This document shows, piece by piece, positions 1-11,639 of a stretch of DNA of 64,000 bases (position 1 is the stretch's first letter; every line of letters starts with the position of its first letter). Below the pieces are notes generated by a model. The model was not told where the DNA came from and did not search any database. It saw only the letters and a program-made list of their open reading frames with translations. Position numbers and translations under genes: made by a program. The stretch comes from Rhizodiscina lignyota (taxonomy: Eukaryota): the NCBI GenBank assembly GCA_010015805.1, contig ML978127.1, positions 372,001 through 436,000 on the forward strand, given 5' to 3'.

Positions 1-770
1 TTGGAGGAGACGCCATGATGAAGATGCTAAATTTTTGCTCTTTTTAAGGCAATATCACGGAGGCCCAACTCAGACAAGGACAGTTTCCTGATACCTGCGA
101 ATTTCAAAAGGCAAGGAGATACACAGCTGCAAGATTGCAAGAAATGAACGAAGGCAGCAAAAAGAAAAAAGAAGGCAGGAATATCCCACGAATTCAACTT
201 CGTCCAATACGATTTGAATAATTGAGCTCGAGCATATTCCGTTCTCGGCCATGCCTTTACCCCGGACTCAACGCGCACGGATACGATATGTCGTACGCTC
301 CAAACCTAGCTCAGCTTCCGTCATACTCTTCCCGGTAGAGCGAAGATATGTCGCTACAGAGTACATGGAAATGGACTCCGTCCGCATTGTTTGGAAGAAG
401 CGAAGTCAACGAGCGAATCAGACGCTGACGGGAAATGATTCCGCCTCTAACGAGATAGGGTTAAGCGGGTTCGCAGGGATTGAAGCCCATGGGCATATTG
501 TGGAGTCTGGGGTTCATCGTCACCAACTTTACCACCCAGAATTATTCGGAAGATGGCATGAATCCTGACGCTCTCGGATCGATCGCGGCGAAAGACTAGA
601 GACTAAGTGGCAGCCATGTTCATATATACTTCTCCGCATCATGCACTCTTTCCTTCCCCCCTCTCGGTACATATAGACTCGCTAGCATATCCATCGCTCC
701 TCTGTTCTCTGTCCAAATCTTCACTGGATTCAAATCTCTTTGCTGAATTCTTTATTGTTTCGTAGTAGCG

Positions 771-2758
771 ATGGGAAAGAGTCTGCGTATCACTATATTG
801 GACAGGTGGCTGAAGGGCCGTGTCCAATATAGACTTATGTCCTTGTGCTGCTCCTTGGTTAGACGCACCTTCGCTTTCCGGACAAGAGGTAGCTAACTGC
901 TGTGCAGGCCTTTGCACTATACGGCTACGATGCAGGGGTCTTGGGCGGTGTTCAAAACACACAGCCCTTCTTGAGGGCTATCGGTGTACGACTGAATGAA
1001 TGGTTCTTGGAGCAATGACTAACGTGCGTAGAATCCAACGAATACTTACGCAGTCCCTATGGTTGCATCTTCATATGTTTTGGCGGCAACTGTTGTATCG
1101 ATGTGCGTTGTATTCATCGGTATGCCACTTGGTCGACGGGGCTGCATTCTTATGGGGGACTTGTGCGTTATCGTCGGTTCTGCGATTCAAGCGTCCGCCT
1201 GGTCTCTGCCTCATATTATTGTTGGACGTATTATTTGCGTATGATATCATCCCAACGTAATCCCACAGGGCATCAACTGACTTCCGCAGGGTTTCGGGAT
1301 CGGGGTATGAGTCTCTGCACACTGCCATTTGACCTGGAAATTCTAAACTCACTTTAGTTCATTTCGAGTACTGTGCCAACATACATGGTAAGGCTTTACG
1401 GATTTCAGCACCTGGGAGACAAATCCTGACGATTATTCAGGCCGAGATGAGTATTAAATCCAAAGAGCGCGGTCCCGAGGTTGCTGTTCAATGCGCCTGG
1501 CTTATCTCGGGTATTGCTGTTGCATACTGGATCGACTTCGGGTTCACAAGAATGGACAACCAAGTGTCTTGGGTATGTTCCCTTTCCCTGTGCGTGTTCT
1601 TAAATAACGGCAAATCAGCGCTTTCCAATCGCTGCGCAAGCCTTCTTCGCGATCACGTCCGGAGCGGGAATGCTGTGCTTGCCCGATACGCCAAGATGGT
1701 ATTACGCACGTAATCGCCTGTCAGAGGGTGACCAGGTCCTGTCTTCATTGTGGGGCCTGGAGGCGGAGCACCCGAACGTCCAGCATATGAAGAACGAAAT
1801 CTTGGCGAGTATCCAGGTCGAAGAGGAAGAGCAGAATAAGCTCAGCATCGTGAGCTTGTTCTGGGATAACACAGACCTGCGAGTTGGTCGCCGTATTCGA
1901 ATCTCTTTCCTGATTCTAAGTATTCAATAAATGATGGGTAAGATTTAAAAGGCCAACAGTAGCATGAGTTCCAGTGCTGACCACGGAAGGCATCAATATG
2001 CTGGTGTACTACAGCACGCGCATCTTTGCAAATATCGGCCTTTCCGACTTCCTCTCTCAGCTCCTTGCTGCGGTCATGAATACTGGCTTCGCCATTGGGA
2101 CCTGGCCTCTTCCTTGGCTCATTGAAAGATGGGGAAGACGGCCGATCATGCTGTGGACAGCACTTGTCTGCTTTATCTCAATTCTGATTTTCACGATTAT
2201 GATCGCCCTACCGCATCCTACATTCGCCACACAGTGGACCGCGGTGGCTTTCGTCATTCTGTACAACTTCGCTTTTGGATTCGGCTGGGTTGGGTGAGTA
2301 GTTTATCTTGCCGGGGACTAGCATATGTCGCTAAGTTCGTTCAGATGCCCCTGGTTGTATGGACCAGAAATTGCGCCATTGAAGTATCGTCACATCGGTG
2401 GTGCTGCTGGATCTTTCGGCGAATGGCTGTTCTCCTTCCTCACTGTCTTCGCAGGTGGCATTGCTGTCGAGCGTGTCGGTTGGAAGATCTGGATCTGGCA
2501 AGTGGTTGCATGCGCGGGCATCATACCTTTCGTTTATTTCATGTGCCCAGAGGTAAGCTGCATGATTAACGCGCAATCATAATTCTATGAACTAATGCGG
2601 TACAGACGAGCGGCAAGACCCTTGAGGAGATCGACGTCCTCTTTGTAGCTCCGGGTTACAAGATGCCAGATGCGCTTAACGGTGACATGACGCAGAAGTT
2701 GAATGGCAAGTCGGAAGACGAAATTGTCTACACAGAGAAGGCAACCGAAAAGGTTTAA
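771..2758 (+). pseudogene. MFS sugar porter-family transporter, multi-exon, with an in-frame TAA at 1928-1930
   Basis: Spliced reading gives YGYDAGVLGG, GRR, VGRII, PTYMAE, PDTPRW, IERWGRR, PWLYGPEI and PETSGKTLEEID. The conserved QQxxGIN motif reads IQ*MMGIN. ATG at 771, final TAA at 2756-2758. Confidence 0.85.
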
Positions 2759-2939
2759 ACTGAAGTAGACGTAGGAAAATGAGCGGGACGTGAGAATATT
2801 AATGCGACAGGATGCCCTTCGGGATGCTCTGTTTCGTTTGATGGAGAAGATTATATAACCTGAATGAGGCATGGAATTATCGTCGGGGAAACTCATTTGA
2901 GATCGGTATTGCTCTTTTCGTCGCAACCTTTGATTGAGT

Positions 2940-4867
2940 TCAACTGATGAATCTTGGAGGAGGGCCGTGACGCCATTTGTCCTTTGCCATAGCTTCTAGC
3001 ACTCCATCGTCTGTAACTCGACTTATATCCATGAGGCGAGCTCTCATATAGTGCCTTTGTTTTTCAGATATGACAGATACCAGAGTCGAGAGGCTCATTG
3101 ACCATGTGAGGAAACGAACAGTACTAGCTCTCACCCTAACGCCTGGCTGGATTGTCATTGCTTCTTCGAAAGTTCTGGAATTATTAGTCTGTGGCCGGAT
3201 GGATCCAACAAAGCCAAAGTGATAAGGTACGGTCGAACATATGTCGTCTACAAGGCTCCGAATTAGCGTGCTAGCTTCCTGCTTAGTCGTTGCCGGAATC
3301 TGAGATTCGGAATAGGAAATTCCGAATTCATTAAGCAGGTCGAAAGCCTGAGCTATAACGTTGTTCATAAGCAGTCGCAACCCCGATATCGATTCCAGAT
3401 TGCTGCGTGTCCTATAGACACGTAGGCGTGCGCACATGTGCCGTACCAAACGTCATCCTGCTTGAACACGAGCTCTGCGAACCGTACTTTGCTCGTTCGT
3501 GTGACACAATCAGATTTTGAAATTGTGGAGTAGGACCACTCAGGCGGGAGTATGGACGGCCAGGCTGCGAGTGAGCGGTCAATGTCCTGGGCGTCCCGAA
3601 TCAATTGTTCCACGTCTGTTGCACAATGCAGATCTGCATTGCCATGACATGGAAAGTCTACTGAACTTGATCGCAGTATCCTTAGGCTCTGGAAATATTT
3701 TAGAGCTCGGTGCCACAGAGCTGCGACTTTCACAGCGCAAGTATCGAGGTGAAGTGACTCCCCCTCCTCGCCAAAACGGGCTCCATCCTCAAGCCATGAT
3801 GGAACTGTTGATCCACGCATGATACAAGTCCTGATCTATTTCGAACTTAGTGATCCGCCAAGTCACGCGCAAAAAGCATACATGGATGGTATCCACTCAC
3901 CAGTCCTCGGCGAACCACCTTGCTAACGACTAGACTCTCTTTGCTCATCTCTTGTTCTACTCTTAACTTGAGCAGTGCCGCCGCACCTTCATGGTGATAG
4001 AAGCTTCTTGAAAACCTCGATCGCGAATCTGGCGTTCCTATTGGCATATTTTCCGAGTCTTTAGGGCTGAATACGGTGTTCTATATCACATGATCAGGAT
4101 AAATCATAAATGGATATCGAATGGCCTTTATATTCCCTTGGACTGACCTCATATGTGCACATAACCATGACTGTAAGCAGAAGCTCATCACTCATAACTT
4201 GTAGTGCATCGTTAAGGGCCCGCTTGGTATAACTTAATGCCTGTTGATATATCTTGTGGCCCTCGGCCACTGCAGCTGCGCTGTGCTTTGCACGTCCAAA
4301 CGTCGCATGAGAAATAGCTGTCATGACGAGATGGAATGCGGATTCAGGATTTGAACGGATCCACCTCGAAGGGATGTACTTCGCATGGCCATTTGATATT
4401 TCTGGTAAGTTGTCCCGGTAATCCGTATGATTCGAGACGTAATAGTACGTTGCATATACCGAGAGCGGTAGATTTAGCGGTTTAACAATGCTGAAGTTGT
4501 TCTGGTCGATCGGAGTGCCAGATATGAAGACTGACTCGGGTGGCGTGCCGAATGGTTCTTCTCCATGTTTTCTTTCCTCATGTGAGGAGTCCACCGCGAA
4601 TAGCTGATCATTCATTAGACGGCCTCGGGGTCGTCTGCGCCGCCCGCCAGCATAAACATTTTCACTCAAAAATTTGAGATCTCCCTTGTAGCCACTATAT
4701 CCCCAGCAATGGCGATTCCTTTTCTTGCACTGACCACAAATTGGGCGAGTTTCATCGCACTACAAAGCCCCGTTAGATGGTTTACGCAGCATGAGAAGTA
4801 TGATGGACACGCTTACTTTCACGCGCCTTCTTTTGCATGTCGAGCAACCATGACTTGGGAATGGCAT
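2940..4867 (-). pseudogene. Zn(II)2Cys6 transcription factor with fungal TF middle region and a 1-nt frameshift near 3381-3384
   Basis: Exons 1 and 2 give MPFPSHGCSTCKRRRVK|CDETRPICGQCKKRNRHCWGY (six-Cys binuclear cluster). Later exons give HHEGAAALLKLR and AIWNRYR. ORFs 3365..3820 and 2940..3449 join only after a frameshift. Confidence 0.8.
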
Positions 4868-5370
4868 TGCTGCAATACATCGTTGAAAGCATATGCAGGT
4901 GATTTAAGACCAACCGTGACCACATTGAAGGATGGAGCGTTGTCCCGCTTCTATCGGACTTTAGAGTACTCTACGTTGAGCCAACCTTATGTCCGAGCCC
5001 CTTTAGAAATTATTGACTAAGTCATGTGCTGTTCATCTAAATAGGAGTGCAAAGGCCTAGAGATTGATGGGACCTCATACTAAACTTTTAACGATTACTC
5101 GCATTACACTTGTCTGTGCCGAGAGCTTTTGGTGGAAAGGGGCAGAGCTGAAGACTGCACTGAGATTCTTCATAGCTATCGCGTTACAGCTGCGTGTGAA
5201 GGACGCTCGCAGGATCTGGTTCGATCAGACTTAAATAGTATGAAACGTTAGTATTAAAACGTTAGCTACTCCGTATGGAGGCAAAGACATTCTTCGAGGT
5301 TAGACCCGGATGCACTCATCCAGGTTTTGGCCTGATGGACGTTATGGCTACCTTGAACCCCACAGCGCAG

Positions 5371-5406
5371 CGCGTCGCGTTGCGGCTTAATTGAGAACGC
5401 GTCGCG
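5371..5406. promoter_or_regulatory. Paired MCB-like (MBF) elements upstream of RIF1
   Basis: CGCGTCGCG at 5371 and 5398, with ACGCGT at 5397-5402, about 150-185 bp upstream of the RIF1 ATG. Confidence 0.55.
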
Positions 5407-5555
5407 CTAACTTTCACTGGCATTCACCAACCTCTCCCTCCCACAGAGACCCGCGAGCTATCAACAGCCTCATGCATACTTCGGCGTTTGAGTTCCTTTA
5501 AAGTGTTTCCTTCTAACTTTCATGTTTTGCTTTCAAGCGAATTGTCCCACCAGCC

Positions 5556-8500
5556 ATGGTTCCCACCCGCTTGCTGGATTCTCTCCAACCACGACCTCCA
5601 ACACCGCCTCGGAATCAAGATGAGGGAGGCATTGACGCTGCTCTGAGCTACCTTGATGACAGCAATGAGATTGAAAGGGCTTTAAAGGGCTTTGCACCTT
5701 CCCAACCACTCGATACGCCTCAGCAGACACCTCAATCCTCCGCCAAACCATCGACAACGTCTAAAAGCAAGGCAAAGAAAGTTGACTGGTCACCGCATAC
5801 CAAATACATTCCACCAGCAGAGCAATCTCGAAAATCTGCTGAGAAAAGATCGAGATTGAAGACCCTTCTACCGTCCAGAGAACTGAAGCCAAGTAAATCC
5901 ATCCTGAAGCCACGTCAACTATCCGCATCGCCCTCGTCATACCTTCCAGACGTGTCTGGCTCACCACAAAAACCGCTGTCGACAAGGAAATTCGAATCGT
6001 TCGCAGAGATGCTGGAAGCAGTGATACAAGCGTTAGCGTCGGACCTGAGAGACTACAAGCAGGATGCGTACATAACCTTGTCTGGCGCGTTGAAGACATT
6101 CAAAGATGTTCCAGACATGGATGCACTTCGGCCGAAGCTTGGACTGCTTTGTCGATTCATCATACGAGACATGTCTGCAGCAGATTCACTGACGAACACA
6201 CCGGACACAATTGTAACCACCCAAGCTTGCAAACTGCTACTATCTCTGATGCGAATGCCGGCCATTGACAGCTCTCTTGACGACGATTTCTGTAGCGCGG
6301 TTCTTCGGAAGTCCATCAGCATCGCGGAGGATGAATCAGTGCCCAAGGCTGTCACCTCTGCATTTCTCTCTCTGCTGGTGGAGGGGAAATTTTCTACCCG
6401 TACACTTACCATTGAACGAGCCTCTCGCCTGCTGGACGCAATCCAAGGAATTGAGCGACGTGTCAAAGGCAATAGTGTCATTGCAGCACGCATTCTCATT
6501 TACAAGCGACTCGTAGATCAAGTTCCAGACTTGATGGTCCTGCGAATGCAAGAGTGGCTGGAGCACCTCCTTCACGGCATGCTGAGCAGCGTTGCAGATA
6601 TACGATCTCGAGCTATTGACGTCGCAACCCATGTCGGAATTTCGCTGGGAGGGAAACCTGATGCGTCGAGAGCAATGGTCAATATCTTCAATCAAGAAGG
6701 AGATGATGCGCAGAGTTACGGAGACTATTTCTGCAACAGACTATTTGCGATCATGGGCGGAGGGACCCAGTCAGAAGCAATAAGCGAACCTGATCGATCC
6801 CTAGAAAGAGATGTGCCAAAAATCTGGGCTGCAGTCGTTCTGTTCCTGCACTCTCAGCAGCCAGGTCTTGACCGTTGGAGGTACCTGAAGCCCTGGGTAG
6901 GGATTGCACAGAAGTGCTTCAACTCCAGCGACCTAGAAACGAAGCATCAAATGAGCATTGCCTGGAACCGCCTGGTCTACACTGTCATGCCCACGGCCGA
7001 AACGAGTCGCAGCATTGCCAACACTTTGAAACTACCGCTACTTCCCGAGATGAGCGTCAAAGGGCGTAGCAAAGCCCAGAAGACTCGGAGGGCAAATGCC
7101 TTCAGCAGCTACTTCAATCTATTGTACTATTCTCTCCGCCCAACGGCTTCTCCTGCAGACTGGACATTCTACTGGACACAATATGTTGCTACTATTACCG
7201 GCCATCCTGTCACTCTGAATACGACAGAGGGAGACATTGCCTCCAAGACTCTCTTTGCGCTGTTTGGAGGCTTTGAACCTCGAATCTGGAATGAGAATCG
7301 GGCACATGAAATGCCATATCTAGTCAAAGTAGAAGAGTTGCCAGGCCTGGATCCCAAATGGATCCGGCAGCAAATTAGCGAGATCTTGCAACTCGTGAGA
7401 CTGTTATTGAGTCATGCTCCATGGCCTGAATCAACGCTTGAGAGTACACCGGTATGCGAGATGTGGACGGCGCTCATGACTGCTGTAGCCGAGGCAGGTT
7501 CAAAAGAGATTAAGGCGACTAAAGAGTTGAAGAGCGCAATTGCAAATCTCATGACTTTCATCCACGACATCTGGGCAGACCGAAAGGATTCTTTGGGCTC
7601 TGAGCAGTTCATTGATCGTTTCAATTTCTTGGTCCGCGTCTCTGTTCAGAAACTTGGGCCAATGCATTTCTCCGATCTTATTCTGAACAAGGATAAAAAA
7701 TCACGCTTTGAAGTTGCTCCTACGCCGTCACAATCACACAAGATTTCCGGTTCCTCAGAGTCACCTCTTGGCCATATACTTATGCTTCTCCTCACTGTTC
7801 CAGACACTGAGGATAGTACAAAGGTCAATGCTTTGGCAAAGGCGCTAATAGAGACTTGCCTAGAAAGCAAGAATACCAAGCACGCCCAGCGAGACTTCCT
7901 TGGTGGCTGCGCTTCGACGCTGGTGAGAAATCATGAAGAAACTAATCACTCCTTGGTTTGCGGGATTTGGGCAGATCTAGCTGAAATGGCAACGAAAAGC
8001 CTCGAGGAATCGAACAACTCCCCTTCCGTAGGAGGTACGCAACAGCTTGAGAGTAGCTATCAGATGCTCTTCCGTGTCGTTCGAGCAGGATTTCAGCTTT
8101 GCACTGAAGCAAGTTACGATACCGCGAGGAATCTGATCATAGCCTTCAAAGCTGCGATCAATCATGAGCTCGGAACTGGCGGCACTACATTGATTCTGGC
8201 AGACCAGCTACATAAGGACATCCAAGCTAGTATGGAGCGTGCCCCGAAAGCAAATCTTGCGACTCTCGCACTCTTTGCCGCAGCGTCACTCGAATCCCCA
8301 TACTTGCACATCTCTCTTCGAGATGTGAGGGTAGCATGGAAAAAATTGCATGGCGACACATCAAGAAAACGCTGGGCAAGTGATTTCAACCCATACGAAC
8401 AGACCTCGATCACCCTAGGCCTGTTATGCAAGCTCTTATACAACAGCTTCCATGAAATCAATACAACGTCGACGGTTCTCCTCCTTTCGAATCTCAAGGG

Positions 8501-11500
8501 TTTTCTGCAAAACATGCCCAAGCAATTCCAGGTCGCCGTTTCAAAACCACTTCAATCCGGCATCTCTCAGTGGATCGAAGATTTAGGACAGAAACTGGAA
8601 GGATCTGACGAGTCGACACGGCGTCTGCGGCAGATTACCTCATCCCTGCACGCACAATTGCTTGATATCGTTCAGTCACTTCCAAGCCACAACTCTGCGA
8701 CTTTGGCTTCGTACAAGGATCTCTTCGTTGCTGGTTTTATGAGCCATCGCGCGAGCATTGTGAAAAAGACGGCAAGCGCTTGGAATCTCAGCTTTGGTCA
8801 AGCAGACAGCCTCGAGTATCCGGATACGTTGGTACGCGCGATAGGAAAGAGCCAACGGATGCAAGGAGGGCACGTAGTTGAGGCTTTACGTCTTGCAACT
8901 TTTCCTGAAATACCTGCAGATAAATACGAGGACGTAAGTGCACTGGATACGTTGTCTTCGGAACCAGAACTTGAGGACGATGAGCCATTCACGATCCCCG
9001 GCCCGCCAACATTACTGGCAACAAAGCAAATCCACAGTCTGTCACCAGTACCTACCACTCACAATACTGCTCTGAGGGCTTATCGTCCAGTTTCACGTTC
9101 GTCCAATGCAACACCGAGGTCGAAGCTCCGCCATGAAGACAGCCAGATACAATTTGAACCAATTCATTCTTCCCCACCACCTGCAGCAGGCGATGCAGAA
9201 GAGTCTCAACATCTGACGGAGCATCAGAAGGAGGTCTCTGAGCGTCAACACATAGAAGCAACGACATTATTCTCCGACTTGAATACCTCGTCACCGGCTT
9301 CCATCCTTCGCAGCCCTTCGACAAGAGCCAACATACTGCCGACTGGGGGTACTCCTACATCATCATCCAGTCGCATGAATGCCAAATTAAGGTCTGCATC
9401 TGATGATGAAAATGCGGGAGAGCCAGAGCGGCCTTCAACACCACCATTGCTTCCAGACGCTGGCATGAGCGATGATCTCCCTGGTTCATCGCCAACTCCA
9501 TCTGTGCCGAGTGGTATCGGTAGGAGGGGATCAAGTAGCACTCATATCGGAACTCCTGCGACGGTACGGAGTCTGGTGTTGAATGAAAGCTTCTTTGATC
9601 TGACTTCCTCGCCACCAAAATCAAGTGGAGAAACAGATGTGGTGCCAGAGGTGGAGGAAGAGGCCGATCCAATGATTGGAGCTTCTGAAAACCAGGATGA
9701 TGGCGATGAGACTGCAGTGGACATTCCGGATTCTGGAGCAATGCAAGAGTCAACTGAGGATGGAGCCACACAATCCAGCGCTGAACACAATGGTGATCAG
9801 CTGGTCGACGAAACCGACATCTTCAACGGAAGCACACAGGTCGAAAACACAACCCTTGAAGCGGAGGCGGGGCTTGACGCAGTACCAGTCATCTCACCAC
9901 CCCCACATATAATTCAACAAGATCAGGAGACTGGATGCAGTAAATATGGGTACAAAGATGTGGCTCCTACCGAGCTAGAGACGACCGGACGCGTGACCGA
10001 AATCAAAGCTACAGCAGAGGCACCAAATGACGACAATATCAGAGATGATTGCAGCGATTCTCCAAGTTCAATGGATCCTGAACTACCAGCGGCTCAACTC
10101 GCAGCCGAATATCAAGATTACATGGAACGTCGAAGAAGTCAAACTGAGCCGGGAAACGAAGAGGATTCAACACAAGAGGATATTTCCCATTCGCTCCCAG
10201 ACGTGGATGGACTGTCAGCTGATGGGGACCAGCTCCGGAAGAACCCTGACACAGTTGAGCAAGATCAAGTTGAAAGGCGAAATAAACCAATGTCTCCTCG
10301 GTCTGGCACTCACATTGATGTCCCTGGCACAGCGGAAGAGAATGAAATAGAAGTAGAAAAGGAGATGTCAGTTGAAGAGGCTCTCACGGTTCTAGACTCC
10401 TTTTTCGGCCCCGATCCCACAGATAATAACCCGCAGAATGATGAAACACAGAGTGAAGAGGGACTACCTATCATTTCACATGTCTCCAACACCCAATATG
10501 CAGGCACCAAGCGCAGAAGGGCGCCTGGTGAACATGATGAGCCTAGGAAGACAGCAAAGGCTCACAGGCAAGAATCTCCGGGGCTACGAGAAGAAGCTGA
10601 ACTCCCCGCAAAGAGTACCTCTGCTCCTGCAATCTATCACAGTCCATGGGGCGACTTCAAGTTCTTCAATCCAAACGACGAGGGAGTCCTGGATTGCATT
10701 ACGGTTTCTCCAAGAAGTCGTGGAAAGCGAAAGGCAGGGAGACCAAAGAAGCCCAAAAGCATAGCATCTTCATCCCCGCGTGCTCTGACCCTGAAGGTCA
10801 AGTCAACATTTACACCAGAGAGCATGCGAAAGCGATTTTCGAGTAGGCTGTCGCAAGTTTCGTCCAGTCCTGGACCAGTCCCGGCAGAACAGCCTACTGC
10901 TGTGCCCGCAACTCTTCGAAGATCCATGAGTGGGTTGTCAGTCATATCCAGTCAGCAAGATGTGGAAGAGCAAGACGAGGAAACTCCAGTTGAGAATGAA
11001 ATGCATCGTGCTGAAACGACGGTTCTGGTGAAAGATACGCCGGGCCAGCCACTGCTAAAAAAACGCAAGATCAATGGAGCAGGCAAAGCCTCTCCAGAGC
11101 ATGGTTCACAACATGAGAACGGTCAAGCGGCAACTCGGCGGATATTCAGTCACGTTGAGGTTGAGAGTACACACACTGGTGGCGTCGAGCAGCATGAGAA
11201 TGCCCTAGAAACTCAGAATAGCAATGGACCGGTGGATGGGAACCCTGCTATTCCGGGCACAAACGAGGTCGGCGCAGAGGACGGAACACAGGGAGAGTGG
11301 GCGAGCCAACCGACAACACCTCGTAAGCGCAAGCGAGACAGCTCAACCGCTGGGCCTCATACTGCGGAAGCTTCGTTAGACGCTCATGCCGATGGTGCTG
11401 GCAATGCCAGCGATACGCAGACACCGGTTCAATCTCCGAGGAAGACACCAGCACGGACTCCGATTCGAGAGATCCTAAGCCCTGTTGGAATCCTAAAGGG

Positions 11501-11639
11501 CCTGAGGAAAATTCTGTCGGATTGTAAAGGCGCTATGTTCGGGACTCAGGAAGAGAAAGAAATCGACGAGGTTCTCTTCCATATACGCAGGGAGGCCTAC
11601 GAGGCGGGAAGACGAGGCAGGTTAGCGTATGGCGAGTAG
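5556..11639 (+). CDS. RIF1: Rif1 telomere-length/replication-timing regulator (2027 aa, single exon)
   Basis: N-terminal PRPPTPP, RVxF-type KKVDW followed by SILK (PP1 docking), long helical Rif1_N-like region, acidic S/TP-rich disordered region and a short helical C-terminal domain. Confidence 0.88.
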   Translation: MVPTRLLDSLQPRPPTPPRNQDEGGIDAALSYLDDSNEIERALKGFAPSQPLDTPQQTPQSSAKPSTTSKSKAKKVDWSPHTKYIPPAEQSRKSAEKRSRLKTLLPSRELKPSKSILKPRQLSASPSSYLPDVSGSPQKPLSTRKFESFAEMLEAVIQALASDLRDYKQDAYITLSGALKTFKDVPDMDALRPKLGLLCRFIIRDMSAADSLTNTPDTIVTTQACKLLLSLMRMPAIDSSLDDDFCSAVLRKSISIAEDESVPKAVTSAFLSLLVEGKFSTRTLTIERASRLLDAIQGIERRVKGNSVIAARILIYKRLVDQVPDLMVLRMQEWLEHLLHGMLSSVADIRSRAIDVATHVGISLGGKPDASRAMVNIFNQEGDDAQSYGDYFCNRLFAIMGGGTQSEAISEPDRSLERDVPKIWAAVVLFLHSQQPGLDRWRYLKPWVGIAQKCFNSSDLETKHQMSIAWNRLVYTVMPTAETSRSIANTLKLPLLPEMSVKGRSKAQKTRRANAFSSYFNLLYYSLRPTASPADWTFYWTQYVATITGHPVTLNTTEGDIASKTLFALFGGFEPRIWNENRAHEMPYLVKVEELPGLDPKWIRQQISEILQLVRLLLSHAPWPESTLESTPVCEMWTALMTAVAEAGSKEIKATKELKSAIANLMTFIHDIWADRKDSLGSEQFIDRFNFLVRVSVQKLGPMHFSDLILNKDKKSRFEVAPTPSQSHKISGSSESPLGHILMLLLTVPDTEDSTKVNALAKALIETCLESKNTKHAQRDFLGGCASTLVRNHEETNHSLVCGIWADLAEMATKSLEESNNSPSVGGTQQLESSYQMLFRVVRAGFQLCTEASYDTARNLIIAFKAAINHELGTGGTTLILADQLHKDIQASMERAPKANLATLALFAAASLESPYLHISLRDVRVAWKKLHGDTSRKRWASDFNPYEQTSITLGLLCKLLYNSFHEINTTSTVLLLSNLKGFLQNMPKQFQVAVSKPLQSGISQWIEDLGQKLEGSDESTRRLRQITSSLHAQLLDIVQSLPSHNSATLASYKDLFVAGFMSHRASIVKKTASAWNLSFGQADSLEYPDTLVRAIGKSQRMQGGHVVEALRLATFPEIPADKYEDVSALDTLSSEPELEDDEPFTIPGPPTLLATKQIHSLSPVPTTHNTALRAYRPVSRSSNATPRSKLRHEDSQIQFEPIHSSPPPAAGDAEESQHLTEHQKEVSERQHIEATTLFSDLNTSSPASILRSPSTRANILPTGGTPTSSSSRMNAKLRSASDDENAGEPERPSTPPLLPDAGMSDDLPGSSPTPSVPSGIGRRGSSSTHIGTPATVRSLVLNESFFDLTSSPPKSSGETDVVPEVEEEADPMIGASENQDDGDETAVDIPDSGAMQESTEDGATQSSAEHNGDQLVDETDIFNGSTQVENTTLEAEAGLDAVPVISPPPHIIQQDQETGCSKYGYKDVAPTELETTGRVTEIKATAEAPNDDNIRDDCSDSPSSMDPELPAAQLAAEYQDYMERRRSQTEPGNEEDSTQEDISHSLPDVDGLSADGDQLRKNPDTVEQDQVERRNKPMSPRSGTHIDVPGTAEENEIEVEKEMSVEEALTVLDSFFGPDPTDNNPQNDETQSEEGLPIISHVSNTQYAGTKRRRAPGEHDEPRKTAKAHRQESPGLREEAELPAKSTSAPAIYHSPWGDFKFFNPNDEGVLDCITVSPRSRGKRKAGRPKKPKSIASSSPRALTLKVKSTFTPESMRKRFSSRLSQVSSSPGPVPAEQPTAVPATLRRSMSGLSVISSQQDVEEQDEETPVENEMHRAETTVLVKDTPGQPLLKKRKINGAGKASPEHGSQHENGQAATRRIFSHVEVESTHTGGVEQHENALETQNSNGPVDGNPAIPGTNEVGAEDGTQGEWASQPTTPRKRKRDSSTAGPHTAEASLDAHADGAGNASDTQTPVQSPRKTPARTPIREILSPVGILKGLRKILSDCKGAMFGTQEEKEIDEVLFHIRREAYEAGRRGRLAYGE

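Noticed and set aside
1..570. Short ORFs at the window start
   Set aside because: No recognisable motif or splice structure; more likely the transporter promoter or the tail of an upstream gene.
1928..1930. TAA read as Gln (alternative genetic code) or rescued by A-to-I editing
   Set aside because: Many other genes here end in TAA, so there is no reassignment. Editing would give Trp rather than the conserved Gln.
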